Below, in pieces: positions 12,217 to 23,599 of a stretch of DNA of 64,000 bases; position 1 is the stretch's first letter; every line of letters starts with the position of its first letter. Under the pieces are notes generated by a model. It was not told where the DNA came from. It made no database searches and worked only from the letters and a program-made list of their open reading frames with translations. This DNA comes from Nageia nagi (Eukaryota > Plantae > Pinophyta): contig JBITNC010000002.1 of assembly GCA_050084985.1 (NCBI GenBank), positions 38,130,001 to 38,194,000 on the forward strand, written 5' to 3'. A program made the position numbers and the translations under genes.

Positions 12217-14327
12217 ACATTGAGTGAAAACTGGATGGTTATCAGCACGAGGTGAAGTTCATTGAAGAAGATGGCAACAGAAGGAAGAAAGAGTGGGTGG
12301 TGAAGGAAGCCCAACACCTTATCAATGAACTTATTCCTACCCAATATGTGAATATCCTCAAAACCTGGAGACAAATTCAAAATGAAAGGCAATTGGTAAT
12401 TTGGGGGCACTAGATGGAACACACTTTTATCAGCATCATGGAGTACCAAAAGAAGAATGGTAGCACATTGGAAATACTTGCCATGGGAGTGAAAAAGGTG
12501 GAGGCTTTCATGGACACAAATTTCGAGAGGATTGCATCTTTTGTGCAACATTATAAAACATTTTAGTAAATTGTATGATCTCACATGTTCTTGAGATGTG
12601 AGATATTAAAACTAAAACTATTTTTCTTTAATCTGAATTGTGAGGATGAGTTTTTGCTACCACAATTTTAAATGACATTTTAATACAATTTCAATTTCAT
12701 TTTAGCTAAATTAGGGCAACACTTAAAATTAGGGCAACACTAGGTAGTTATGACTTGTAAAACTATAAATACCCTATTGACCATTTTTGTATTCAGAATG
12801 GAACTAATTATCTAGAGGAGAGCAAAACTTTTGGAGATTGTGAACTCTTTTCGGTTGAATGAAATGGTGAATTTGATGATCTAAGCAAGTGGAGTTTGTC
12901 ATTTCTTGGAGTTGTGGATTGATTTTATGAAATCTATATCTTTCTTGTAGTAATCTAAATACTTGTGTTAATTTTCTTTGAAAACTTGAAGTTTTAAGAA
13001 AAGTTATTTCAATATCTTGTGGAAGCATTTGGGTTGTTACTTTTCACAACTTGCATGTTCAGTGATTGTATTATGATTTGTGTTTGCTTTCTATGTCATT
13101 TAATTAGATATCATCATTCAAACTACGTGGTAATTGTATCTTTCATTTTACCCATCACTAAGTGATTCCTAGAGGATCAAATTGGTATTTGCTCTTATCT
13201 ACTTACAATTTGGACAATATCATTTGTTGTAGATTTTATGAATGAATGAAATTTCTTAACTAATATGGAAAGTAAACAATTTAGACAATGCATCATTGGT
13301 GATAAGTCATCTACTTCAAACATAACTCAATCTTCTTGTGTCATTCTCAGTTCTCATTTTCCTTTTATTCTTTTACTGCTTTCTTTTGCTTCTTTTTAAA
13401 ACTGATACAACTTTTGATTATTGTAAAACACTATTAGCCACAGTTGAGTTAACGCATATTAGCCACAGTTGAATTATTCCAAGAATTTATCAAGAACCTA
13501 GCATATTTGAAGATGAACATTGGGGTATTAGTCCTTTCAAGTGGGGATAGGTAACAATATCTTATCTAAATGCTGTGATGCTTCCCTGTTTGCTATTATT
13601 CAATAACTTGTGTAAGAGGAAAGAAAAACATCCGAACATGTATTTTATAGATCTACAATCAGGTGAAAACTCTTTCATTATGTAATGCACACAGAGACAG
13701 GCTCTATCTAGGTGATCCTCTTAGGCATAACATGGAAGGCAAATTTAGTAGATATTTCTAGTATATTAGGTGTAAATTTTGATGTATGACCCTACATCTA
13801 AACTGTTTCACTGGTCATTGATCTATTCAAGTTGACCTGGGTTGATATGGGAGCATTGAACTAAGTTCTATGACTATCTGACGTCTACATGGTGCTTTAT
13901 TGACCAGTCTCAGTAATTGGTCAAGGGAACAATCTTTCTAGATGCATTCAAACAAGTTCTATCACAATAATGGCCAAATGTTGGACACAACAAAATGCTA
14001 CTGAACTTTAAGATATCTATGACTTTGAATATGTTTTCTATTGTTGATTCACGATTTTGTGAGGAAAACCCAATTAGATACCTGGACTTTAACATTGCTT
14101 GGTAAAAATTGTCTTCATGTCACTTACAACCTGATATGATAGTCCTTAGGCAACTCAGTATTATGTCTATTAGAATCTTGGTATGTGTGTATTAAGTGTA
14201 TGCACGTGCGCTTGTGAAAGTTTTAAAATGACTAAAATTTCAAATATTTGCAGTTATTGTATAATATTCTCATGCAAAAAGGTGGACTAACAAGATTGTT
14301 TTATGTTTTCTTTGGTTTATTCTATAG

Positions 14328-14489
14328 TCTGAGAAATCAAAGAGAGCTGGTCTTTCTCCCACAACAAATGCTGTGGTGGAGCACCTGAAACATTTTCATA
14401 GCAAATTTTCAGGACAATCTTATGAAATTTCAGACATATTGCTTCTTGAGGTAGACATGAATATCAATGCACGGACTGCTTCACTTTCT
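14328..14489 (+). CDS. RH58: RH58-like penultimate exon (54 codons; absent from the ORF track)
   Basis: Acceptor ttattctatag|TCTGAG and donor CTTTCT|gtaagt bound a 162-nt open frame encoding SEKSKRAG...[17 protein letters not shown]. Confidence 0.9.
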
Positions 14490-17400
14490 GTAAGTATGGC
14501 TTTGAGATGTTTTACTTGGAATATGCCATAAATATTTGTCAAGAGTTTTGAAGGGCAAACAATGAATAAAACGTATCAAATTCACAGGTATATGCTCTGG
14601 CATATGCTATTTATCTGGTATCTTATAGATCTGAATATATATCTTTCTTTAGGTTGTAGCCTTCTCTATTATTTTTTGCTTCCTTTACCATATATGCTCT
14701 TTTTGGTGTTTGTAATTTTCCTTCCTCTTGTTCAGTTTTCCCATCTTGTTAACTTCCCTTTGTTACCTTTACTATAGGATTTCTATGAAGATTGGCTTGT
14801 TTTATTATCTGTTTATCTTACATCATGTGTGGACTGCTAATTGAAGGCCATTCACCATGCATAAATGCCTTATCAGGTTCATATATCTATACTTCAAGAT
14901 CCCAAGCTTTTCAAGATAAAGCTTATTCTCATCATCTACTATAATTGCCAATGGAACTGTCAAGGGTTTTGTTTGAGGATCCTGTAGTCCACTGAACTGA
15001 TAATCTTATCTTCTGTATTGAGATTTCTCTAAGCCACCACTTTGAAGTTCCTTAATTTCTATTATCCATCCACAAATGTTTGAGGCCAAACCTCCACTTT
15101 CTTTCCAGAGTGAGTAGTTTTTAGTATTGAAATAATTATGCAAGGGTTAGGGGAACATACTGAACATCTAATTGTGAAGTTTTACAAGTAGAATCACAAT
15201 AATTATTAATATCATGGATGAAATGATCAGCAAAAAATAAACCACGACTTCTTTTGGTTTATTAACGAAATAGAACTTTAATTCATTCATAGCCATGTGA
15301 TGGGAACAAAATAGTCTAAAATCCCTTATGGATGTTTGTACTGATGGAAAGAGCTTGATCATGTTGTTGGAAGTCCGTGGATTTGTCCATTTCTCTGCAT
15401 ACATTCACCCTTGGAGATCAATTTGCCTGTACTGATGGAAAGAGCTTGATCATGTTGTTGGAAGTCCGTGGATTTGTCCATTTCTCTGCATACATTCACC
15501 CTTGGAGATCAATTTGCCTAAACCTTCAATTTTTTTGTCTTTTCTCTTATCCTTGGTTTTTACTCACACTTCCTATGCCCTGGTTTGCTGCAATATCAGC
15601 AAACATTATTTTTTCCTTTAAGCTAAATCCTTAATCTCTTGTTCCTGGATACCATGTTTTGCTCTCCTTGATCTCTCTTTCCCAGTGAGATAAGCTTGAC
15701 CCTTTTTTTTGAGACCACCAAGTCTCATTTATTCCTTCTGCTTCAAGAGAAGTTCTCGAATCGTATGTTATGGAAATAAAATCCTTATATGCACCCCTCA
15801 TTTTTTTCCAAATCTCAATCAGTAACTTCTAGCTTCCCACTTGCTAGAGTTCTTTAGTTTATCTTGAATGTCATTGATATTGGCCAAGTAGTCCTCGATC
15901 CTTTCAAACTTTAGGGGATCCAAAGTTGTGAGTTCTTTGATTGTCATGACCCCATGTCTATGAACTCCATCAAATAGTTTTTTATATTCATCCATACCCT
16001 GTTTTGAATGCTAAATCATGAATATGCAACGGCAATTACCCTGACACTTGATTTTGCAGGTTTCTCTCACACCCCTCTAAATTTAGTAAATGGCAGCTCA
16101 TGACACCCAAACAAGGAACAATTCAAGAAGTTGCTTCTAATGATCCAATCAGTATTCAGTGAAAGAGTTATCTTTCCTGTAGCAAATCACAAAGGCCTCT
16201 AGAAATGTCTCAAGATGGACAGAACAAGAGATTCTATAATGATATTTTTGACTCATACTTTGAACTTGTTAAAACTTCATCTTAACAAGGGATAATACTT
16301 GTTTCAGATCTATCTATCTGAGTTATACAATGCTGATGCCTCTGCTTGAGTAGGATAGCAAGGTTGAATTCATCCTATCACCACATCTCTTGGCTATGAC
16401 TGGCTTCATGAACTTCGTTGATTCCATCTTCTTGCATATGCTGGTCCACAAGATCTTTTTTCTCCTTAGAAGCTGGAAAAATAGACCATATTAACTGGTT
16501 TTTTTTGTTTTAGTTGAATAGTGAAACATCTCCATGGCCCTTTCACATTAGCCACTCTAAATAAATAATGAAATTCTGCATAAACAAACTTGAATAACAT
16601 CAGCACTGTTAATATCACTTCTGACATAATACAATGTCATTGCATTTTAATGACTAGTTGTCTTTAACCATGCATTACATCATAGCTTCATGTAAACATT
16701 GACATGCACACTACTGTGCATATGCAATGAAACATGTGCTGAATGGCCTATCATATATCCTTAACTCTCTATATGGAGTTTATTACTGTTAATAACACCA
16801 CCTTCCATTGATGATGACTGACCTAGATGTTGGCAGTCTCAGGTGACATCAGCTGCACTGTTTGCAAGGAATCTTTGTTATCACCAGGGATATCTTGTTG
16901 CCAATGTAATTGCAGCTACTGTCAGGACTTCTTACAACCCAGCTGCTGTATTGCTTTCCAGATACTATGGCAATATTTCCAGGTTTTTTTTTCATGAACT
17001 GAGCCAATGAGATTGTCAGATTGTTGCTGAGAAAACACCTGCTATGATTCCTCGTTGAGACAGTAAGCCAGTGGATGTGATGGTTAACGTTGGAACATTC
17101 CCATTAAAATAACTTGCGGATGTGTATAATGAGCTGACTAAAGATAATAGTTAAGATATTGAAACTTCATTAGTTCTTGACAAATTGTAAAAGCCACCTG
17201 TAAGTGTAATATGCAAAATTGTTCTCCCCTGCATTCCATGCTGAAAATGAACAATATGCGTGCTTGAATTGAGGATGGATGGAACTGGTGCAATAGGACT
17301 TCTGCACACCACATTTGAAGGGCAACTTGCATGTCTTAGCCAAGCTGCAAATAGTCTTCAGAAAGTTGTGCGAAAGGATTTGTTAATGTTAGATCATAGT

Positions 17401-20373
17401 TGGCATTGTGGTAGTATATGCTGTGCAATCTTTTGGGATTACACTGGCTTTTTTTTCTGCTGTGATGGAGACAATAGCAGATTAGGGACAGAGAGTGTTG
17501 TTTGTTCGTTGGAAGGTACCTGTAGATGCTAGATACGATGGATGGAACTGGTGCAACAGGACTTCTGCACACCACATTTGAAGGGAAACTATGTCTTAGC
17601 CAATATTTAGCCTGCAAATAATCTTCAGAAAATTGTGCAAAAGGATTTGTTAATGTTACATCATAGTTGGCATTGTGGTTGTCTATGCTGTGCAATCTTT
17701 TGGGATTGCACTGGCTTTTATTTCTGCTGTGATGGAGACAATAGCAGATTAGGGACAGAGAGTGTTGGTTGTTCGTTGGAAGGTACCTGTAGATGCTAGA
17801 TAGGATGGAGAAGACACTGAAAGTTTGATGATTCCCTCTTGCGAAAGATTACAAGGTTTAGAGTTCACGATATGATGAATATGATAAACAAGAAGTGGCC
17901 TTGAGTGTGGTAATTGAGTCAAGAAGAGAACTGCTAAAAGGAAATAACTGTTGTGACTGCATTGTTGCAAACAAGCTTCACAACAAACATTTTCTTACTT
18001 TGCACATATTTAACTAAATCTGGTCATATCTTTCATGTTGACATGATACTCAGATAAGCTACCAGAATTCTCAGAAGTGAGGCACCACTTAAATTTCATT
18101 TTTCCTTGTTGGTGATTGATCACCACCCAGATGGTGACCCAGAATTTTAATTGGAACTTCTGCACTCTACTGGACATTAAAATACAGAAAGATCCTATCT
18201 GCAATCCACTAGATAGTTTTGCAGATATTAGAACAGAACAAATAAAAACGTACACCAATGCAATTAGGCTCTTTAATGCCAGCTGCTCTTTTGGATTAAA
18301 TTATGTAGTGACATGACTTCCACTTTTGAATAAAGATTATTGTGTCTCATACTCCAATTCACCACATGCCGCTTGTTGTGTTTTCCATTGTTGGACTTAT
18401 ATACTCAAAATCGCAACATATATTTATGCTTAAGCTATTTGACAATTAAGTGCAATTGAGTATCTTCAAGTATACATTGCTTTTAATAATGTGGTCTTTT
18501 TCCGACCTTGTGGAGAAAGCCTTCCAAAATGTTGTTTCCCAGGTTTGTCATTTATACTCTTTGATTTTTTTCTTGAGATTTAATTTACCACAACAATAAC
18601 TTGCATTATGATCTCTCAAAATCACATCTTGAGCATAAATAAAGATCCCAGCAAGAATCGATAAAATGATGAATTCTCTAACAATGAAAATATATTTTTT
18701 AACCAAAGGTCCAAAATCTTTACTATGCTTTTCAAAACATCCAAATAATTCATCAGTATACTCAAAGGCTACAGTAGATGAGATTAATTCCTTACTAGAT
18801 CTGAATCTGTTTTAGTTGCAGCATTCAAGTAAAGCGACTGCTTCTATACTGCAGATTTTTATTTCATTTTCAGTTCTTAAGTCTTCTTGAAGAGTAAATA
18901 GAATTTCCTCCTTCAGTTCCACTAACCAATCTTCTTCAGAAGAAGCTGCTTTCTTTGGTTTTAGGTTATTTATCAGGTGCTTATTTGAGCATCTTCTTTA
19001 CAGAAACAAGGAGTTCTTGAGGTTGAAGTTTCTTCTCCGACTCATTGCTCTTCTACATACACTTAGATTTCCATGTGGAGTTGCAAATATTCCTCGAATA
19101 ATACTTGAAATACCAAATTCTCCTTTTGGATCATTACATTTTTTCATTGAGTACGACTCAGATATTTTTAAGGAATTAATGGCTAGAAACTATACAAAAA
19201 TCTGTAGAAGCATTGGAAAGATGAACATGGAAGAAATAATGCTTGTACAGTAATAGAAACCTTGAATGGGATTCCTCATTCAACATGTTACCCAATATTA
19301 GATGGATAGCCAGAATGTCAACAGAAAGCTCCAGCAAAACACCTATTTTTGAAATGCTATGAAAAGACAGACTGGGTAGCCTTTCAAAATCTAACTCATG
19401 TACACACACAAAGGATAAGTTTTAGATGAATCCTACAGCAAGTCTAAAGACATTTCCAAGTAAAAAAAAAAATCCTTGGCGTTGTTATTCATTTAGAAAT
19501 TTTCCGTTTCAAACAGGCATTGGAAAAGAACACCTAAAGGCTAAAGCTGTAGGCAATTCAACATACCATGGAATGAACTCGAGATTCAAAGATGTCAAAG
19601 AAAATGTAATAACTCAGAATAATGAAATGAGAGACCTCATATGATGACTACAAATACTCTTAGTACGGTGTATTTATACAAACAAATTTAACAATTTAGA
19701 CACAAAACCCAAGGACACCATGTAGACTGTGATCTCAAAATAGCACAAGTTATTCTTAACCACAGAGTCACCCAGAGATTATAGCATAGGAGGAACTTCA
19801 GGTATACTATTTTATCAAATAAATTTGCTGGTCGGTCTTTTTGGTGCAACTTTGGTTTTTAGGTCTCAATCATTAGTAGATTCCTCTCTTGGCATGTTCT
19901 TATCAACTGTAGTCCTTTGGTACAGTATTAAAGTTTTCTTACACCCTGAGTTCACTGAAGCATTGGCAGTCTATTAAAATTGACATTTGTATTTTTGAAT
20001 ATTCACTTAAAATAAATATATTTCGTTCTTGACAAATGAATTACTATCTGTTATTTCCTGCTCCCAGTCTTTCACTGTATATAAAAATGACAACAATCTA
20101 CACTTGGTACAGGAGGTAAGGCAGGGGGGTCATCTTCTTATCGCAACAGATCTAGCAGCAAGAGGGCTTGATCTGCCAGATACAAGTCATATTTACAATT
20201 TTGATTTGCCAAAATCAGCTACAGGTTACTTACACAGGGCTGGTAGGACTGCTCGTAAGCCATTTTCAAAAAACAAGTGTATGGTAACAAACCTAGTAAT
20301 AACCGAGGAACTCTTTGTATTAAAACGGATAGAGAATGAATTGTCATTTGCATGTCAAGAGATCACTTTATAG
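14328..20373 (+). CDS. RH58: DEAD-box ATP-dependent RNA helicase 58-like (chloroplastic), 3' part: join(14328..14489,20113..20373); 5' exons not found in window
   Basis: The spliced translation reads [13 protein letters not shown]...[51 protein letters not shown]...[14 protein letters not shown]...[13 protein letters not shown]. It contains helicase motifs V and VI and a C-terminus matching my recollection of plant RH58. The intron 14490-20112 is GT-AG, phase 0. Confidence 0.9.
15337..15518. repeat. Perfect tandem duplication, 2 x 91 bp
   Basis: tgtactgatggaaagagc...ggagatcaatttgcc occurs at 15337 and at 15428. Confidence 0.92.
15700..16060 (-). mobile_element. Ty1/Copia gag fragment in the RH58 intron
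   Basis: The minus strand encodes [25 protein letters not shown], resembling Copia gag (UBN2-like region) as I recall it. Confidence 0.55.
17274..17805. repeat. Diverged tandem duplication, 2 x about 265 bp
   Basis: gatggatggaactggtgcaa...ggaaggtacctgtagatgctagata starts near 17274 and again near 17537. Confidence 0.9.
20113..20373 (+). CDS. RH58: RH58-like terminal exon (helicase C-terminal domain)
   Basis: Acceptor tggtacag|GAGGTA. Contains [10 protein letters not shown] and HRAGRTAR; TAG stop at 20371-20373. Confidence 0.93.
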   Translation, partial: EVRQGGHLLIATDLAARGLDLPDTSHIYNFDLPKSATGYLHRAGRTARKPFSKNKCMVTNLVITEELFVLKRIENELSFACQEITL

Positions 20374-20549
20374 TGTTGGTTTTCAATATTAAAAAGCTTT
20401 TTTCTATTCAGCAACTTGAATGATTCAGAACTAGCTTAAGTTCTGGTAATCAATGTTTATCCTCTTTCGCTCAAAATGTGTATATATTATGAAACGTCAG
20501 TAATATCACTCATTTTATTTGAAAAGAAAAGCATTTTATCGGGAGTTTG

Positions 20550-20555
20550 AATAAA
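20550..20555 (+). promoter_or_regulatory. Candidate polyadenylation signal for the RH58-like gene
   Basis: AATAAA about 180 nt after the stop codon. Plant signals are degenerate, so this is tentative. Confidence 0.35.
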
Positions 20556-22155
20556 ATCAATATTTCATAGGAAGAGAGCATCAGGTGTCATTTTAATAAT
20601 ACCAGCACTATGATGTTCTGGAGAGACATAGAACTAGGGGTTACAAGGTAGAATCAGTCCTGAATATTGATACAAAGCTTTTGTCTGAGATGCTATCACA
20701 CGGTGAAACAACGAGACTAGGTTTGCCTACAATAATATTGCTCAAGGATAGCTGAACAGAGAAGAACTGCATAAAGGGGTTGCATTAAACAAGGTAAATC
20801 TAATTGTTAGGCTGTCACCCGATCTTTAAGGAGGTATCATCATGTCATGTTTGTAAACAATGCAATTGATTGTATTTTGAGATTTTTCTTTTTATTGCTT
20901 TGATACTATCATCAAGTTGCATAGTTGAAATTTGTGTTCAAGTTTGGCAAACCGTTTAGAAAATTGGCTTTAGAATTTGCTTTAAGTTTGAAAAGAAGAT
21001 TTGTTTTCATTAATTTGTCTACATAACAAATAAATATAACTATATACATATAAATTCACTTGCACAAGCAAAATATATGCAACAATTCATCATGATTAGT
21101 ATTTCTCGAAGCCAATAAGAGTGTTCTCTCGATAGTTTGGAGACCGGTTGCAAACATAATTAACTATAAATAATTGTTCTTGCAGAACTGGCCCAACAGA
21201 AATATGCATACTAAGAATTCATGAAAAGTTGAATTTTTTTCAGAAAATATTGTGCAAGCCAAGTAACTAGGCCTGTCACCCACATCCTGTTATGCAGGAC
21301 TCATTATGTGGCATGTAGGAATTCCAAATATGGTCAAGCTGTGCCTGGGTGAATTGGTAGACTCGACTCTAGAAGCGATACCAGATAGGAGGTAGCTACA
21401 GAAGTTCAAATACTGTTGTCTCACCTGGAGCGATGGGCTATCAGGCTTATAAGTGAATTGTGGATGTGTGCGTTAAGAGAGGAGAGTTCCAATTAGATGG
21501 TGGAGTTTCCAACTAAGAAAAAAAATCTAATAAGCCTTACAAAGACTCAATTTCTTAGGAAGCCGAGACAGAGAATTGCGTATTTTTATACCAATAGACA
21601 GCTAGAATACTAAGATAAGTGACTGACTTCAGTGAAAAAAAAGGTGGAGATCTAGCGAACCTATTATATTTTATTTGAATAAAGATAACGTTTATTCATT
21701 TGCTTATTTTTTAAAACCAAACCAATATACTCCTTTCTTTACTGACATCTTAAACATGATTTTGAACAAAGATAAATTTTATTTATTTGCTTATTCTTTC
21801 GAAACAAACCAATGGATTGGCTTTGTCCATAGATAGATTTGATTTGACTATTAACTATTAGAGTACCTGCAATCCAATGTATAAGCTATTAGAAGTATGT
21901 AAGGTAGTCATACATTCCAAGAATATGTGTCTTTGTATTTTGAATTAAACCTGTAAGACCACATTCAATTGATTACTTGTTTTTTTTATTTCTATAAATA
22001 AAAAATAATCAAAATGATTTTTTTTACTTATTTTAATATTTTTTTATTTATATTTATTAAATTTCTTGATTACATATAAATAATTTACTATTTTATGATT
22101 TTTTATTGATTTAAATAAGATATATAATTGAAAGTATTTTAATTCATTTAACAAC

Positions 22156-23570
22156 CATGGTTCGAAAATTTGGATTGAGAGATTACTTGGCAAAACAAAC
22201 TCGAATATTTTATGGAAAAACATACAAAAACTATTTAAATACAAAATTAGAGAGCTACAAAATCAATTTCCTATTATATTTAATTGTGATCACCTCAATA
22301 GGATTCAAGGGAATATCTGCTTGCTTTATACCAACTACAATTGTTGCAATTGATGGACCTTCTATTGCTTCCCTTTACAGTTGCTCAATTGCCTCAGTGA
22401 AGATGGATTTTGCATCTTTAGCAACCCAATCTATCAATAGATCCATAGCATCAAGGTAAATAGCATTATGCGACTTTGTGCTTTCCACTTGTTTGATGCG
22501 AAGGTGAAGATTGTATTGGAAGAACACAAGATCATTGAGGTGTTTCTAGCTCAATCTGATGCATTTCTTAATGTGAATACTCTCAAATAATGATCGATTG
22601 TACTAACACCCAAAAATGCTACAAGGTTGACTCAATATCCACATTGCTAGCCTCTAAAGACTCAAACACCAAGCACCATTATTTTCCCACCATAAATTTG
22701 CAAAAAAGAAAGGACATTTTCAAAACACAATCTAGATTCTGCATCATGCTAATTCTAAGAAGATTTTACTTTTATTGAATTTTAAAGTGTTAATTTGTCG
22801 TAAGGTTGTCTTCAACATTCTACAAACAATTGAAGAAAGAAACCTCTTCTCAACTTTCTTGTAAGGCTTGCATCTCATCAGGCATTATGTTTCTAATGTG
22901 ATCCTTATGAATCATCCTCACTATGCAAGTATAAAGGCCATCTGTAACCTCTTCATTGAGCTCAAAATCACTAGTGTAAAAAAAACTTAGGGTTCAATTA
23001 GAAACCTGTTGCATGTGAAGGTTTGATGGAGTTGGTTCTTTCTTTTGTTAATGATAAGACTAAATGGGATCCAATTTATGTTTTTTTTGTTGATAAAAAT
23101 GCTGGTTGCCCTATCCATGGCCTCATACAGATAGTCTATTGGCATCAAATCACCATCTACAAGACAAAGAACCTTGATCAAAGGTCTTATCACGTAGAAA
23201 TCATAAAAAAATCAGAAATTTATATTTATAAATTTAACTTAAGAATACAAAATAACAAACTAAAAATTGAAAAAGCCCAAAAGAATATATTTGAATTAAC
23301 TTTGACTTATTTGATGCCCTTCCAAAAAAATCGTTAAACTCTATCTTAACAAGCTCCTCTCCATCCTCCTTGTGGCAAAAAGGAGATCCCCTTAAGAGGA
23401 GCTTTTGCATTAAAGATGCTTTTTAATGCAAGAGAATTGGAGTCAAATCCAGTTGTACTTAGACACATGATCTCCCTCCCCCTCATATGCTCTTTCATCA
23501 CACTTTAGTCATATGGTCACTCTAACACCATTGGTCACACGACTTAAGGATCTCTCTAGGGTAAATGAGA
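22156..23570 (-). mobile_element. hAT DNA transposon relic (DUF659-type transposase pseudogene, 3' half)
   Basis: Minus-strand PLIKVLCLVDGD..IDYLYEAMDRA, plus a decayed dimerisation motif ILSQPCS..GC..N.SLFESIHIKK..RL...HLNDLVFFQYNLHLR. Possible TIR CATGGTT at 22156. Confidence 0.85.
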
Positions 23571-23599
23571 GTACAATCCCACCAACTTTGTATCAAGCT

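Noticed and set aside
13611-13685. CKRKEKH as a possible RH58 exon start
   Set aside because: Similarity does not extend, there is an in-frame stop, and no suitable acceptor precedes it.
20029-20112. N-terminal part of track ORF 20029-20373 as coding sequence
   Set aside because: It is intron read-through; homology and the acceptor site place the exon start at 20113.
20230-20260. Motif VI reads HRAGRTAR rather than HRAGRTGR
   Set aside because: GRTAR is a common functional DEAD-box variant, so this is not evidence of inactivation.
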